A stretch of DNA of 27,928 nt from a virus (taxonomy: Duplodnaviria > Heunggongvirae > Uroviricota > Caudoviricetes): the IMG/VR virus record IMGVR_UViG_638341082_000007, positions 1 to 27,928 of that record. One strand, written 5' to 3'. Numbering within the stretch: position 1 is the stretch's first letter; each line of letters begins with the position of its first letter. Below the pieces are notes generated by a model, which worked only from the letters and a program-made list of their open reading frames with translations, was not told the origin of the DNA and did not search any database. This document shows, one piece after another, positions 9,850-18,709 of this stretch. A program made the position numbers and the translations under genes.

Positions 9850-10231
9850 GGCATTCACCCCATCGTCGCGCTGTACGCAGTTCCTCACATTCCAGTAATA
9901 AAAAACGTCGCTGACCGTTCAGGTCGCGTATTCGCCGGATCCGGTACTCCTGACCGTAATAAACCACCTCATGATCTGCCGTGATGCCGTGACGGAAACG
10001 GATTGTAAAATAATGCGTAACGACATTTTCTGTCTGCACTGAGCCCTGATAAGCGGCAGCGCCTGGCTGAGCCACCTTTGCCCAGACATCAAACGACTCC
10101 GGATACGTTGGCTCCGTACCAAAATCAGCGGTGGGTTCATCCACCCGAAGGCGGATCTTTATCCGGCGATTCAGCTCTCCGGGATCCGGTAAAAGGTAAG
10201 TGGCACTGGTCTGACTTTGCCTGATTTTCAT
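9815..10231 (-). CDS. Head-tail adaptor / head closure protein
   Basis: ORF 9815..10264; start taken at the ATG at 10229-10231 (MKIRQSQ...), which overlaps the upstream stop as ATGA; position after the gp6-like connector. Confidence 0.55.
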   Translation of the reverse strand: MKIRQSQTSATYLLPDPGELNRRIKIRLRVDEPTADFGTEPTYPESFDVWAKVAQPGAAAYQGSVQTENVVTHYFTIRFRHGITADHEVVYYGQEYRIRRIRDLNGQRRFLLLECEELRTARRWGECHESDSIFTRRL

Positions 10232-10551
10232 AGCGGGACAATCCTGTAAGGGCCAGCAAGCCATCTGAAACTCATTGGCGTTTCCAGTTTCTCCACATCG
10301 GTGATCGTTGAGCGATTTTCATAAAAATGACTGACCAGCATCAGCATTGCCAGACGAACGTCATCAGTCAGATGCATCCCGTCAGGATCGTCTTCCGGAA
10401 TCGTCTCTTCCGGTGCATACAACTTCCTGTTCAGGTATGTCTCTGTTCTTTTCTGTACCGCCTGTGCCAGCAATTTCAGAAAATCGCCGTCACTGTACAA
10501 ACCATCATCGAGCCGGAGGTGAGATTTAATTTCCTCTTCTTTCAGGAGCAT
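10228..10551 (-). CDS. Phage gp6-like head-tail connector protein
   Basis: 107-aa acidic protein directly after the major capsid gene; AGGAGG RBS 7 nt upstream of ATG at 10551. Confidence 0.7.
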   Translation of the reverse strand: MLLKEEEIKSHLRLDDGLYSDGDFLKLLAQAVQKRTETYLNRKLYAPEETIPEDDPDGMHLTDDVRLAMLMLVSHFYENRSTITDVEKLETPMSFRWLAGPYRIVPL

Positions 10552-10562
10552 ATTTTCCTCCT

Positions 10563-10584
10563 GTGCCCGCCATTACGCGGGCAC
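10563..10584 (-). promoter_or_regulatory. Stem-loop (8-bp GC stem, 6-nt loop) in the capsid-connector intergenic region
   Basis: gtgcccgc-cattac-gcgggcac on the plus strand, flanked by a 7-nt A run (T run on the minus strand precedes the hairpin, so not a canonical terminator); sits just upstream of the gp6 RBS. Confidence 0.4.
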
Positions 10585-10596
10585 AAAAAAACCGCA

Positions 10597-11823
10597 TTAC
10601 GCAGTGGCTTTCTGGCGGGTTGCAGCCCCAATTTTCATCAGCTTAATCGCCTGAGAATCCACCAGCATACCGCCGGTTCGCTTGGTGGTATAAAAACCCA
10701 CAAACGGTTTGTTGGTGTACGGATCGCGCAGGATACGGGTACCGATGCGATCAACGATGGTATAGCCACGTTTGAAGTTACCAAACGCAATGGCTTTTGC
10801 ATCGGCGGCAATATCCGGCATCTGCTCATTCTCAACGATGCCATACCCTGCCAGAGAAGAAGGCTGACCCAGCTCAATACCCGGACGCCACAGATAATTT
10901 CCGTCGTTATCCTTCAGCAGACGAATGGCAAACAGGCTGCTGTTGTTCATCATGAACTTCGCGCCGCTGCGGTGCGCCTTACGCAGGGTGTAAATCAGTT
11001 TAATGATCGCATCAGCGGTCACGCCGGAAGCCGCACCGGAAGCGATATGCTGAAGTTTGCCAAACTTACGGGTTTTGTCATCTTCATCGGTGGACTCATA
11101 AGCCAGAAAACCTTTTGGTTTTTTGCTGCCGTCGCCACTGGTAAAGGCCATTTCTTCCTGTTCGGCAAATTCCAGCGCCAGCTCACTGTTGATCCAGTCT
11201 TCCACATTGAAGAAAGCGTCATCGAGCATTTTCTGGGTGGCCTGCGGGTTGCCGTAGATTTCCCCCATAAAGGGTTCAATCAGCCCCAGTTTTGAGGTGG
11301 CGGTTTCCGGACGCGTATCCGTTTCCCCCACCCATCCGGACTTAGTGCCGCCCAGATTCACCAGTTTTTTATAATCCGAGCCACCGAGGGTGATCACGGT
11401 GGCTTCCTGGCGCATCACCACCTCATCTTTCAGCAGCGTCAGGATGGTACGATCCAGTTCTTCCGGAATGGCATAACCACCATCTTCATCATTGCCCACC
11501 TGAAGCGCCTTACGTTCAAGTTCACGCAGACCGTCTTCACGCCCCTTGCGCATAAATCCGATAAACGCTTCTTTGTGTTCACCGGCAACTTTATTTTTCG
11601 TGCCGCCTGCCGGACGCTTAACTTCAGCCAGCTCAGCCTCAAGATCGCTTTTCAGGTTTTCCAGCTCGCTGATTTGCCCGTTCAGGCTTTCCACCTGTTC
11701 GGCCAGCTTGCTTTTTTCCTGTTCGATCGCGTCAATGCGCTTGTCGTTTTTTGCCTTAAAATCGTCAAACTTCTGCTGCAAATCCTGCGCGACCTGTTCA
11801 ACGTCTTTAATATCAACAGCCAT
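10597..11823 (-). CDS. Major capsid protein, HK97 family
   Basis: 408-aa ORF with an N-terminal coiled-coil delta domain (KSKLAEQVESLNGQISELENLKSDLEAELAE) followed by the capsid core; preceded by the prohead protease and portal genes. Confidence 0.9.
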   Translation of the reverse strand: MAVDIKDVEQVAQDLQQKFDDFKAKNDKRIDAIEQEKSKLAEQVESLNGQISELENLKSDLEAELAEVKRPAGGTKNKVAGEHKEAFIGFMRKGREDGLRELERKALQVGNDEDGGYAIPEELDRTILTLLKDEVVMRQEATVITLGGSDYKKLVNLGGTKSGWVGETDTRPETATSKLGLIEPFMGEIYGNPQATQKMLDDAFFNVEDWINSELALEFAEQEEMAFTSGDGSKKPKGFLAYESTDEDDKTRKFGKLQHIASGAASGVTADAIIKLIYTLRKAHRSGAKFMMNNSSLFAIRLLKDNDGNYLWRPGIELGQPSSLAGYGIVENEQMPDIAADAKAIAFGNFKRGYTIVDRIGTRILRDPYTNKPFVGFYTTKRTGGMLVDSQAIKLMKIGAATRQKATA

Positions 11824-11836
11824 TATTTACTCCTGG

Positions 11837-12487
11837 TTAAAATTTAAGATTTTTCAGTGCATTCAGTGCGACATCCACATCCTCAGCATCACGCAGGGAT
11901 AAAGCGCCATATCCCCCGGCCATGAATGCTTTGGCCTGGGTTCGCGAGAGTCCAACATCGCGCAGGACTCGCTCAATAATTTTCTGATCAGGGATCTCCC
12001 CACGCGCCAGCGCATTTTTCACATCGCTGATGCGTGCTTCATCATTGGAAGGAAACGTCACCAGACTGACCTCCCACAGGTCGATCTCTTTCAGCAGGAA
12101 TACCCCTTTTTCCCGGTCGTACTCCCAGTCTTTCAGGATGTAGCCAACAGAAAGGCCGGTTAAAGAACCGGCCTTCATATGGGCGTGTGCACGTTTTGCC
12201 AGGGGATCATCATCAACGAGTAATCGCCCCCTGACATAAAGCCCGACATCATCTTCTTTCATTTCGGTGTACACACCGATGGGCTCATCCATGCGGTGCT
12301 GCCAGAGCAACGCAGGCAGCGCCTTTTTTTCGCTCCATTTCTGGAGTGTTGTGGTAAAGGCACCGGGGACCACCACATCATCGTGGCTGTCCTTTACACC
12401 AAAGACGGAGCCATACCCTTCAAACTCACCGGAGTCACTGACAGATTTCAGACTCAGCGGTACATCAAGACGTTGTTTCGTCTGCAT
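11837..12487 (-). CDS. Prohead protease, HK97 family
   Basis: ORF 11837..12523; start probably the ATG at 12485-12487 (MQTKQRL...), alternative at 12523; lies between portal and capsid. Confidence 0.85.
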   Translation of the reverse strand: MQTKQRLDVPLSLKSVSDSGEFEGYGSVFGVKDSHDDVVVPGAFTTTLQKWSEKKALPALLWQHRMDEPIGVYTEMKEDDVGLYVRGRLLVDDDPLAKRAHAHMKAGSLTGLSVGYILKDWEYDREKGVFLLKEIDLWEVSLVTFPSNDEARISDVKNALARGEIPDQKIIERVLRDVGLSRTQAKAFMAGGYGALSLRDAEDVDVALNALKNLKF

Positions 12488-13706
12488 TGGCGTTATCCTT
12501 CTGCTTACCGGCTTTACTGCCATCGGAGGGTTTCGTGGTCATGTTCATCGGTGTGAGATAGACATCACCACCGGGACGCGGATTCATATCTTCCAGGTCG
12601 CGGCAGTCATTGGGAGAGTAAATTCCCCAGTTGATCCCCGTGGCGTAGGCTTCAAAACGGGATTTCATATCCCCGCGCAGTAACGCCCCGGCGTTAAATT
12701 TGGCGTAAAACTTCCCCTGTTTGCTCTCCCTGACCAGCCCTGTATTGATCCGTTGTTCAATACGGGTCAGATACGGCACAAGGGAATAGTTGATAAATCC
12801 GAGCCCCAGCTCTTCAATATTGTTGAAAGTGGCGCGATCGGTGTTCTGCACCATGTGCAGCGGCACGCGGAAAAGACGACAGATTTCTTCCAGCTGAAAC
12901 TTGCGGGTTTCCAGGAACTGGCTGTCCTCGGCGTTCAGTGCCACCGGCTTCCAGTCCAGCCCCATTTCCAGAATCATCGGACGGTGCGCATTACCCAGCC
13001 CAAGATGCCGCTCCTCAAAATCCCTCTTCATGCGCTCATAAGCATCCGGCGTGAGCTTTTGTTCCGTACGCAACACACCGGATGTCACAGCACCGTTACC
13101 AAACAGCCTGGCGCCGTGCTCCTCGGTTGCCGCTGCCAGTGAAATGGCCTCGCGCGCATATGCAATGGGATTCAGACCGACAAGTCCATCCAGCGTCAGG
13201 GTGCGCACATGCCAGATTTCATCCTGGGTCAACACATCCACGGAGCCATCCGGAAACGTCACCTGATAAACCGGCTGCCACTGGCTGTTCAGCTTCGGCT
13301 CCACACAGCCCGGATCTATCGGAAGAAGCTCCACTACTTCCCCCAGCGCCTTCACCTTGTAGGCGTAAAAATTCCCCCGCAGACACAGGCAGACAATAAC
13401 CAGCTCCCAGAATTCCTGCGGCGTCATGTAGCCATTGGGTTTTGCTGAAATCAGCTTATGCAGCCGTTCATCCACCGCCCGTGTTTTAAGGGTGCCGCTG
13501 ATTTTGTAGAGACTGCAGGGCAGCATACCAACAGACTCAGCCAGCACCCTGACGCAGGAATACACCGCCGTCAGCCGCATGGCCCGCTGGCTGCTGATCC
13601 GCTTTCCGGTATAGGTGTCGTATGACAACCCCAGCTCTTCCGCAAGCATCCCGGGCGTTGTGACGGGGGTGTTATTTTTACGTTGAAAAAGCCCCTGGAA
13701 AAACAT
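12465..13706 (-). CDS. Portal protein, HK97 family
   Basis: 413-aa ORF following the terminase large subunit in canonical order. Confidence 0.9.
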   Translation of the reverse strand: MFFQGLFQRKNNTPVTTPGMLAEELGLSYDTYTGKRISSQRAMRLTAVYSCVRVLAESVGMLPCSLYKISGTLKTRAVDERLHKLISAKPNGYMTPQEFWELVIVCLCLRGNFYAYKVKALGEVVELLPIDPGCVEPKLNSQWQPVYQVTFPDGSVDVLTQDEIWHVRTLTLDGLVGLNPIAYAREAISLAAATEEHGARLFGNGAVTSGVLRTEQKLTPDAYERMKRDFEERHLGLGNAHRPMILEMGLDWKPVALNAEDSQFLETRKFQLEEICRLFRVPLHMVQNTDRATFNNIEELGLGFINYSLVPYLTRIEQRINTGLVRESKQGKFYAKFNAGALLRGDMKSRFEAYATGINWGIYSPNDCRDLEDMNPRPGGDVYLTPMNMTTKPSDGSKAGKQKDNANADETTS

Positions 13707-13888
13707 TACTCACCTCCGGAGGCGACCCGGTGACCACGATCGAGATAACGCGCAACCAGCCACGACCAGCACAGACACAGCACCCCGGCAACAACAAAAC
13801 CCGCCGGGGGATAAATCAGCCAGGCGCCATACGCCAGCAAAAGCACACCCAGCACGCCCACCAGAGGCGTGAGAATTATCAGAAACAT
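13706..13888 (-). CDS. Small two-helix membrane protein between terminase and portal
   Basis: 60-aa hydrophobic ORF with GAGG RBS 4-5 nt upstream of ATG at 13888; its stop overlaps the portal ATG. Confidence 0.45.
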   Translation of the reverse strand: MFLIILTPLVGVLGVLLLAYGAWLIYPPAGFVVAGVLCLCWSWLVARYLDRGHRVASGGE

Positions 13889-13899
13889 AATGACCTCGG

Positions 13900-15657
13900 T
13901 TAAAGCGAGCGAATACCAACGCTGACCAGATGTTCAGACAGATCCGGCTCCGGTTCACCGCCATTGACCAGCATCCGGCTCATTGCTGTAAACATCGCAA
14001 CAGGGCCGTCGATTTTGGCTTCCGGCGTGGATTTATTCGGGAAGATATTGTCGTTTTTGTCCGGTTTTACCGTAACGTTAGACATCATCCAGTTCATGAC
14101 CGGATGATTGCTGTGGTGGAAACGCCCGGCATAGACCAGTGATTCCGTTTCCTTCATGGCCTCTGACAGATTGCGGACCGTCTGCGGAACTTCCACCAGC
14201 GGTATACCTTCTTCAGTCAGCGCCAGACTGAACTGCATTGCGCTCCACGGGTCAAATCCCAGTTCCCTCAGGTTTTCACCGCCAATCCATTCCAGTAGGT
14301 CACTTTTGATCTGAGCATGATCGATAACATCACCATCCGTCAGGATGAGCTTACCCATCTCCGCCCACTTCCGGTAAAGTTCTGCCTGCTGCCGTGAGCA
14401 TCGTTCCAGCCGTCCTTCCGGAAGCCAGAATTTAAAATCGGCATGAACATGCCCGTTATCCGTTCGCCAGAGTTTTGCCGCCGCACAGATATCAATCTTA
14501 TGAGCAAGGTCGACGCCGACCCACATGGGATATGTTTTCAGCTCATGCTGTGGAGCAATGTATTCGCACTTCTCCCACTTAATCATGTCCATCCAGGCAG
14601 ACTCTGCTGTTACCCACACATTCATGTGTTTGGTAAAAAAATTCACCCGCGCAGAGACCTGTTCTTTCGCTTTTTTCGCCAGGCGACGCAGATCATCCCA
14701 GCGTTTACAGATGCCCAGGCCGGGATTCGCTTTCTGCCAGACCGTTTCATCAAACGGATCATCTCCCTCATCGAGGGTGTAAATAATCGCAAAGTAGGAG
14801 TCGTCTTTTACCGCGCCCTCCACGTCGCTGTTATAGCCTCGCAATACCTTGATGGCGTAATCGCGTTGCTCGTAACAAATCCCTTCCTTGTTAAAGCCAG
14901 CCGTGGTGATACCAAATAACAGGGACTGCAGACGGGCACCGGTTGCCGTTTCCAGAACGTCCCACACGTCGCGGGTTTTATGTGCATGCAGCTCATCAAT
15001 AATGGCGCAGTGGATGTTCAGACCATCCAGGTTGTTTGCATCCGAGGAAAGCGGTTCAAATTTTGATGCGCTCTGCTCCTGGTAAATCGCCAGCTTGTTG
15101 AAATCAAACAACCGCCCGAGTGTCGATCGGGCTTTTCTGACCATATTTTTGGCGTCTTCAAACACGATTCTGGCCTGGTCACGCGTGGTTGCGGCTGAAT
15201 ACACCTCAGCCCCGCCTTCACCATCTGCCCCCGTCATATACAGACCGATACCTGATGACAGGGTTGATTTTGCGTTTTTACGGGCGACTTCGTTGTACGC
15301 TGTCCGGAAACGGCGCACCATCACCGGGCGTCCGCTGCCATCGCTGCGCATGACAACTTCCCCGGTCTCTTCATTCACCAGCGGAATGACAAAACCAAAA
15401 ATATTAATGAGGATAAAAACATGCCAGTCCATCAGTTCAATGGGCTGACCTGCCAGCGCCCCTTTTACATGGGGCACAAATTTGTAGAAATTCAGGATGT
15501 GCTGCGCACGGGGTTCACTGAAATAAATCCCCCGCTCTTCGCCGTACTTCAGATCATCAAGAAAACGCTGGCAGGCCAGACGGACAAATTCACCAGCGAC
15601 AATTTCTCCTGCAACAACACGTTCGGCGTAGCGGATCCCGTCAGCCACTTTTGCCAT
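13900..15657 (-). CDS. terL: Terminase large subunit
   Basis: 585-aa ORF; N-terminal ATPase region and C-terminal nuclease region in a terminase-like arrangement; overlaps the small-subunit stop. Confidence 0.9.
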   Translation of the reverse strand: MAKVADGIRYAERVVAGEIVAGEFVRLACQRFLDDLKYGEERGIYFSEPRAQHILNFYKFVPHVKGALAGQPIELMDWHVFILINIFGFVIPLVNEETGEVVMRSDGSGRPVMVRRFRTAYNEVARKNAKSTLSSGIGLYMTGADGEGGAEVYSAATTRDQARIVFEDAKNMVRKARSTLGRLFDFNKLAIYQEQSASKFEPLSSDANNLDGLNIHCAIIDELHAHKTRDVWDVLETATGARLQSLLFGITTAGFNKEGICYEQRDYAIKVLRGYNSDVEGAVKDDSYFAIIYTLDEGDDPFDETVWQKANPGLGICKRWDDLRRLAKKAKEQVSARVNFFTKHMNVWVTAESAWMDMIKWEKCEYIAPQHELKTYPMWVGVDLAHKIDICAAAKLWRTDNGHVHADFKFWLPEGRLERCSRQQAELYRKWAEMGKLILTDGDVIDHAQIKSDLLEWIGGENLRELGFDPWSAMQFSLALTEEGIPLVEVPQTVRNLSEAMKETESLVYAGRFHHSNHPVMNWMMSNVTVKPDKNDNIFPNKSTPEAKIDGPVAMFTAMSRMLVNGGEPEPDLSEHLVSVGIRSL

Positions 15658-16139
15658 CAGTCTCTCGCTTTTAAAAGTTCTGCCAGCGGATCAACATCAT
15701 CCGGTCCGGCGATATTTACTTTCGCCCGGCTTGCCGGTGACATACCAAATTCTGCAAGCATCGCCCGGATCCGCTTCCAGGCATCCGCTTTCATCGCAGC
15801 AGCCGGGTGTGCCTTAATCAGCACATCACCGTTCTGCGTTTCCGTGCGGTAGGTATAACCCTCAACATCGAGTGTTTCGCAGTGATGCCGGTATTCGGTG
15901 TAGGCTTCCACCAGCAACTCGAGTGCACGCGCATCAAGCTGAGAAATGATCCCTTCCGCATTCAGCTCTTCCGCCATTCGCCTGAACCAGTACTTTCCCT
16001 GCGCCCCTAAATGCTGCGGAATTTTAGGGAGACCTTTTTCGTCCTTTTTAGCGGTTTTTTTGGCGTCTTTAACGGGACGCTTTGAGGGATTGCCTCGTAT
16101 CAAATGCAGGCGTGGCGGGGTTTTCGGGGGTCCTGACAT
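15657..16139 (-). CDS. terS: Terminase small subunit (P27-like family)
   Basis: 160-aa ORF with a basic N-terminus immediately upstream of terL, downstream of HNH and a GC-rich candidate cos region. Confidence 0.8.
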   Translation of the reverse strand: MSGPPKTPPRLHLIRGNPSKRPVKDAKKTAKKDEKGLPKIPQHLGAQGKYWFRRMAEELNAEGIISQLDARALELLVEAYTEYRHHCETLDVEGYTYRTETQNGDVLIKAHPAAAMKADAWKRIRAMLAEFGMSPASRAKVNIAGPDDVDPLAELLKARD

Positions 16140-16287
16140 AATCGATTTTACCTATCAATCGTTTGATCGCATTCCCAAAAAAAAGTTTTCGAACCTGCGG
16201 CGATGCGAGGAAGGGTTGGCGGGCGGTCCCGGACAGCCAGGGCTGCAGGGATTTGCCCCGCCCCTCCCCTACAAGTGAGAATAATTA

Positions 16288-16638
16288 TCACCTGATTCGT
16301 TCGCGCGCTGTTTTCGCTTTATGGCAGGGCCAGCACAGACTCTGCAGGTTGCTGTCTGCGTCTGTTCCGCCATGCGCTTTCGGGATGATGTGGTCGACGG
16401 TTTTCGCCTCGCTCACCACACCGGCACGCAGACACAACTGACACAGACCTTTATCGCGCTTCAGAATACGGGCACGAATCACCGTCCATTTTGAGCCATA
16501 GCCACGCTGGTGGCGGCTCAGTCCGCGCTGGTGCTGCACCCAGCCTTCACCACGATGTTTATCACAGTAGCCAGAGCTGTCTGTTGTTGTGCCTGCGCAG
16601 CCTCGCTTACGACAGGCGCGGGGGATCCGTGATGGCAT
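16288..16638 (-). CDS. HNH endonuclease (packaging-associated)
   Basis: ORF 16288..16707; start taken at the ATG at 16636-16638 with AAGGAG 6 nt upstream; Cys-rich zinc motifs plus a DHIIPKAHGG...N...LCWPCH HNH motif; the HNH-then-terminase arrangement typical of HK97-like phages. Confidence 0.85.
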   Translation of the reverse strand: MPSRIPRACRKRGCAGTTTDSSGYCDKHRGEGWVQHQRGLSRHQRGYGSKWTVIRARILKRDKGLCQLCLRAGVVSEAKTVDHIIPKAHGGTDADSNLQSLCWPCHKAKTARERIR

Positions 16639-16699
16639 TGGAATCTCCTTAATACCGACATTATCGCAGCCCCTCACTGAAGAGCTGCTGTAATGCCTG

Positions 16700-16828
16700 T
16701 TACTCACGAATCAATCGAGCATGTTGACCGCTCATTTCAACATGTTGACCGCTCATTTCAATGCGTAAGTATTGTGGCTTGCCGTCAATCAACGCGGTGA
16801 TTAACTTATCACCTGTAGGTTTCCACAT
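16700..16828 (-). CDS. Possible small ORF (42 aa) containing a tandem heptapeptide duplication
   Basis: Manual translation MWKPTGDKLITALIDGKPQYLRIEMSGQHVEMSGQHARLIRE with AGGAG RBS; the duplicated EMSGQH(V/A) is encoded by a 21-bp tandem direct repeat at 16720-16761. Confidence 0.3.
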   Translation of the reverse strand: MWKPTGDKLITALIDGKPQYLRIEMSGQHVEMSGQHARLIRE

Positions 16829-17001
16829 AATTTTCTCCTGTTTTAATGCCCCTTGCCGCCGGGCAGTTGATCAAAGTTCATCTTGATTCGGCAAGATTTA
16901 GAATGAATAAGATAAAATTGGCACACGCAGCAGAATTTCATGCTTTCCGGACGCTGACGCACCCTTCATTTTTCAGCAAAATATTCTGCTCTTACAGGCG
17001 A

Positions 17002-17184
17002 TCAGTTCTGCAGACACTGCCGAACACCGTCGACAATTTCACAGACCTGAGACGCGGTATCGAAAAGCTGGCGCGCCTTATCCAGGCTGACGCACCCCAC
17101 CAATAAAAAAGGCACCAGTATCGCTACCAGTGCCCGTTTCACCGCCGTTCGCGGCATTCTGTGTGTCCAGTGTTTTCGCGCCAT
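17002..17184 (-). CDS. Small putative lipoprotein (signal peptide with LVGC lipobox)
   Basis: 60-aa ORF; MARKHWTHRMPRTAVKRALVAILVPFLLVGC followed by a ~30-aa mature peptide with 2 further Cys; lies downstream of the lysis-cassette terminator. Confidence 0.4.
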   Translation of the reverse strand: MARKHWTHRMPRTAVKRALVAILVPFLLVGCVSLDKARQLFDTASQVCEIVDGVRQCLQN

Positions 17185-17185
17185 A

Positions 17186-17299
17186 TCACCACCAACGCAC
17201 AGCCCAAATCAGAACAGCGACCGCCACAAGGCGAATTGCAAAGGCCGCAGCCCTTGTCAAATCAAGGCTCGCGGGAGTTTCCATTTCAATACCTTTCAT
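17186..17299 (-). CDS. Possible small membrane protein (37 aa)
   Basis: Internal ATG at 17297-17299 (MKGIEMETPASLDLTRAAAFAIRLVAVAVLIWAVRWW) with weak GAGG RBS; stop 1 nt from the lipoprotein start. The longer ORF in the track includes an n at 17365. Confidence 0.25.
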   Translation of the reverse strand: MKGIEMETPASLDLTRAAAFAIRLVAVAVLIWAVRWW

Positions 17300-17390
17300 A
17301 ATGGACAACCTCAAAAAGAATCTTTTATACTTTCCCACGAGGATTTTCTCCCTACTCACTAATCNCAATTTCCCCTTTGACGTGAAAACT

Positions 17391-17429
17391 AAAAACCCCG
17401 GACTGTTCCCCCAGCCGGGGTTTTGTTTT
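17391..17429. terminator. Bidirectional intrinsic terminator downstream of the endolysin gene
   Basis: Plus strand: A-run, ccccgg-actg...cag-ccgggg hairpin, TTTTGTTTT; reads as hairpin plus U-tract on either strand. Confidence 0.5.
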
Positions 17430-17431
17430 AC

Positions 17432-17815
17432 TTATCGCTTCAGCTGAAAGTGAGGTCCGTCTTTCAGCGTTTTCCAGTCCCCGCCCCATTCGATAGCGAT
17501 CCCCAGCTCTGCGGCAGCCTGCTTAAATGCCTGTGCGATTTTCTCGTACAGAGGCCACTCCCATGACACCTGACTGCCNATGTAGGCCACAACATCCACC
17601 GCATCACCGGTCAGGTGNCGGCTGTTCATGGTCTGGCTTTTCCCTTCCGCAACCAGCTGTTTCTGGCGATACTTACTGCGCAGGCCTTCCGTAATACCGA
17701 AATCAACCTCCGTCAGCTCCAGCGCACGGCGAACTACAGCAACCAGCTGTGGTTTGACACCCTCCAGATTTTTTTCACTGCGACGGCTGAATCTGAATTT
17801 ACCCGGCATATTCAC
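17432..17815 (-). CDS. Endolysin, L-alanyl-D-glutamate peptidase type (peptidase M15)
   Basis: 127-aa ORF with GTG start coupled to the upstream membrane-protein gene; sequence character of M15-type phage endolysins; residues 66 and 79 are X because of n bases. Confidence 0.8.
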   Translation of the reverse strand: MNMPGKFRFSRRSEKNLEGVKPQLVAVVRRALELTEVDFGITEGLRSKYRQKQLVAEGKSQTMNSXHLTGDAVDVVAYXGSQVSWEWPLYEKIAQAFKQAAAELGIAIEWGGDWKTLKDGPHFQLKR

Positions 17816-18087
17816 CTCAACAATGGAAAGATTTTTGTGACGTTCCCGCGTGCGCGTATCACCAGCACGCAGAACAGCAGNTTAAAAAACACTTCCAGCC
17901 AGCCCGTTGCTAACGGGCGACCACACAGATAGCTGAGGGGCGCAAAGGCATACAGCAGCATCAGCAGCCAGGCCAGCCATGACACCAGCGGTTTATGTCT
18001 GGAATCACGGCGACGATAAAAAAAGAGCGTCAGCACGATAACCGTGCATAACGCCACATTCAGCAATCCGGGAAGGTTACTTAACAT
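17812..18087 (-). CDS. Lysis-cassette membrane protein (second holin-like component)
   Basis: ORF 17812..18141; start taken at the ATG at 18085-18087 with GGAGGA RBS; two hydrophobic helices; lies between holin and endolysin. Confidence 0.6.
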   Translation of the reverse strand: MLSNLPGLLNVALCTVIVLTLFFYRRRDSRHKPLVSWLAWLLMLLYAFAPLSYLCGRPLATGWLEVFFXLLFCVLVIRARGNVTKIFPLLR

Positions 18088-18469
18088 TGCCGCCTCCTCC
18101 ACCCCGCAGGCGGGAGAACACACCGGACACCAGCGATGCAATATCCTGCTGGTGGATGAACGAGAGAATCTTCACCGACACCACCGAGACCAGCACCGCG
18201 CAAAGCGCATCTGCTGATGTACCGTCATACCCTGTTTTTGATGCAATCCAGGCTGACAGCACACGCGCTCCCAGCACGCCGACAATAAACGACACCAGAA
18301 AATGNGCCACCACGCGCCAGACTGAAAGTGACTGNGGCATCGTTGCCACAAATAACGCCCCGGCGAACGCGCCAAACACAATCCCGAAATCCATTCCGGT
18401 AAACAGCCCGAATACCGTCGCGCCNCCCAGCGCCGCAGCCGTGCCGGAACCGGATAAGGGTTCAGACAT
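18077..18469 (-). CDS. Holin
   Basis: 130-aa ORF with AGGAGGA RBS upstream of ATG at 18469; multiple Gly-rich transmembrane segments; first gene of the lysis cassette; contains three X from n bases. Confidence 0.75.
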   Translation of the reverse strand: MSEPLSGSGTAAALXGATVFGLFTGMDFGIVFGAFAGALFVATMXQSLSVWRVVXHFLVSFIVGVLGARVLSAWIASKTGYDGTSADALCAVLVSVVSVKILSFIHQQDIASLVSGVFSRLRGGGGGNVK

Positions 18470-18556
18470 ACTTCCTCCTGAAAATAAAAAAGGGCCACCA
18501 GCGACCCGTAAAAAAACACCCCGTCAAAGGCATCCGCAGATGCCTTTTGTGTGATG

Positions 18557-18709
18557 TTATTCAGATTTACGCAGTAAAGGCCGGAGCACGACCAGCGCCA
18601 TCACCACCAGCACACCATCTGCCAGCACCGACATCAGTCGTCCGGTGAAATCAACCACCACTACCAGAAACAACAGGATGACAGCCAGCACAAGGCGCGC
18701 ACTTTTCAC
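18557..18709 (-). CDS. Possible small hydrophobic protein (50 aa) between TerB-like gene and holin
   Basis: Manual translation (GTG start overlapping the TerB stop) VKSARLVLAVILLFLVVVVDFTGRLMSVLADGVLVVMALVVLRPLLRKSE; single TM helix; below the ORF-track cutoff. Confidence 0.3.
   Translation of the reverse strand: MKSARLVLAVILLFLVVVVDFTGRLMSVLADGVLVVMALVVLRPLLRKSE

Noticed and set aside
10327-11295. 322-aa plus-strand ORF
   Set aside because: Lies entirely antisense to the major capsid gene, has no RBS and low-complexity content; a shadow ORF of the capsid frame.
16846-17106. 86-aa plus-strand ORF
   Set aside because: No Shine-Dalgarno sequence, opposite to all flanking genes and in an intergenic region with minus-strand signals; likely spurious.
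17112-17135. Hairpin ggcac...gtgcc followed by a T-rich stretch on the minus strand
   Set aside because: It falls inside the signal-peptide coding region of the putative lipoprotein gene, so it reflects hydrophobic codons rather than a terminator.
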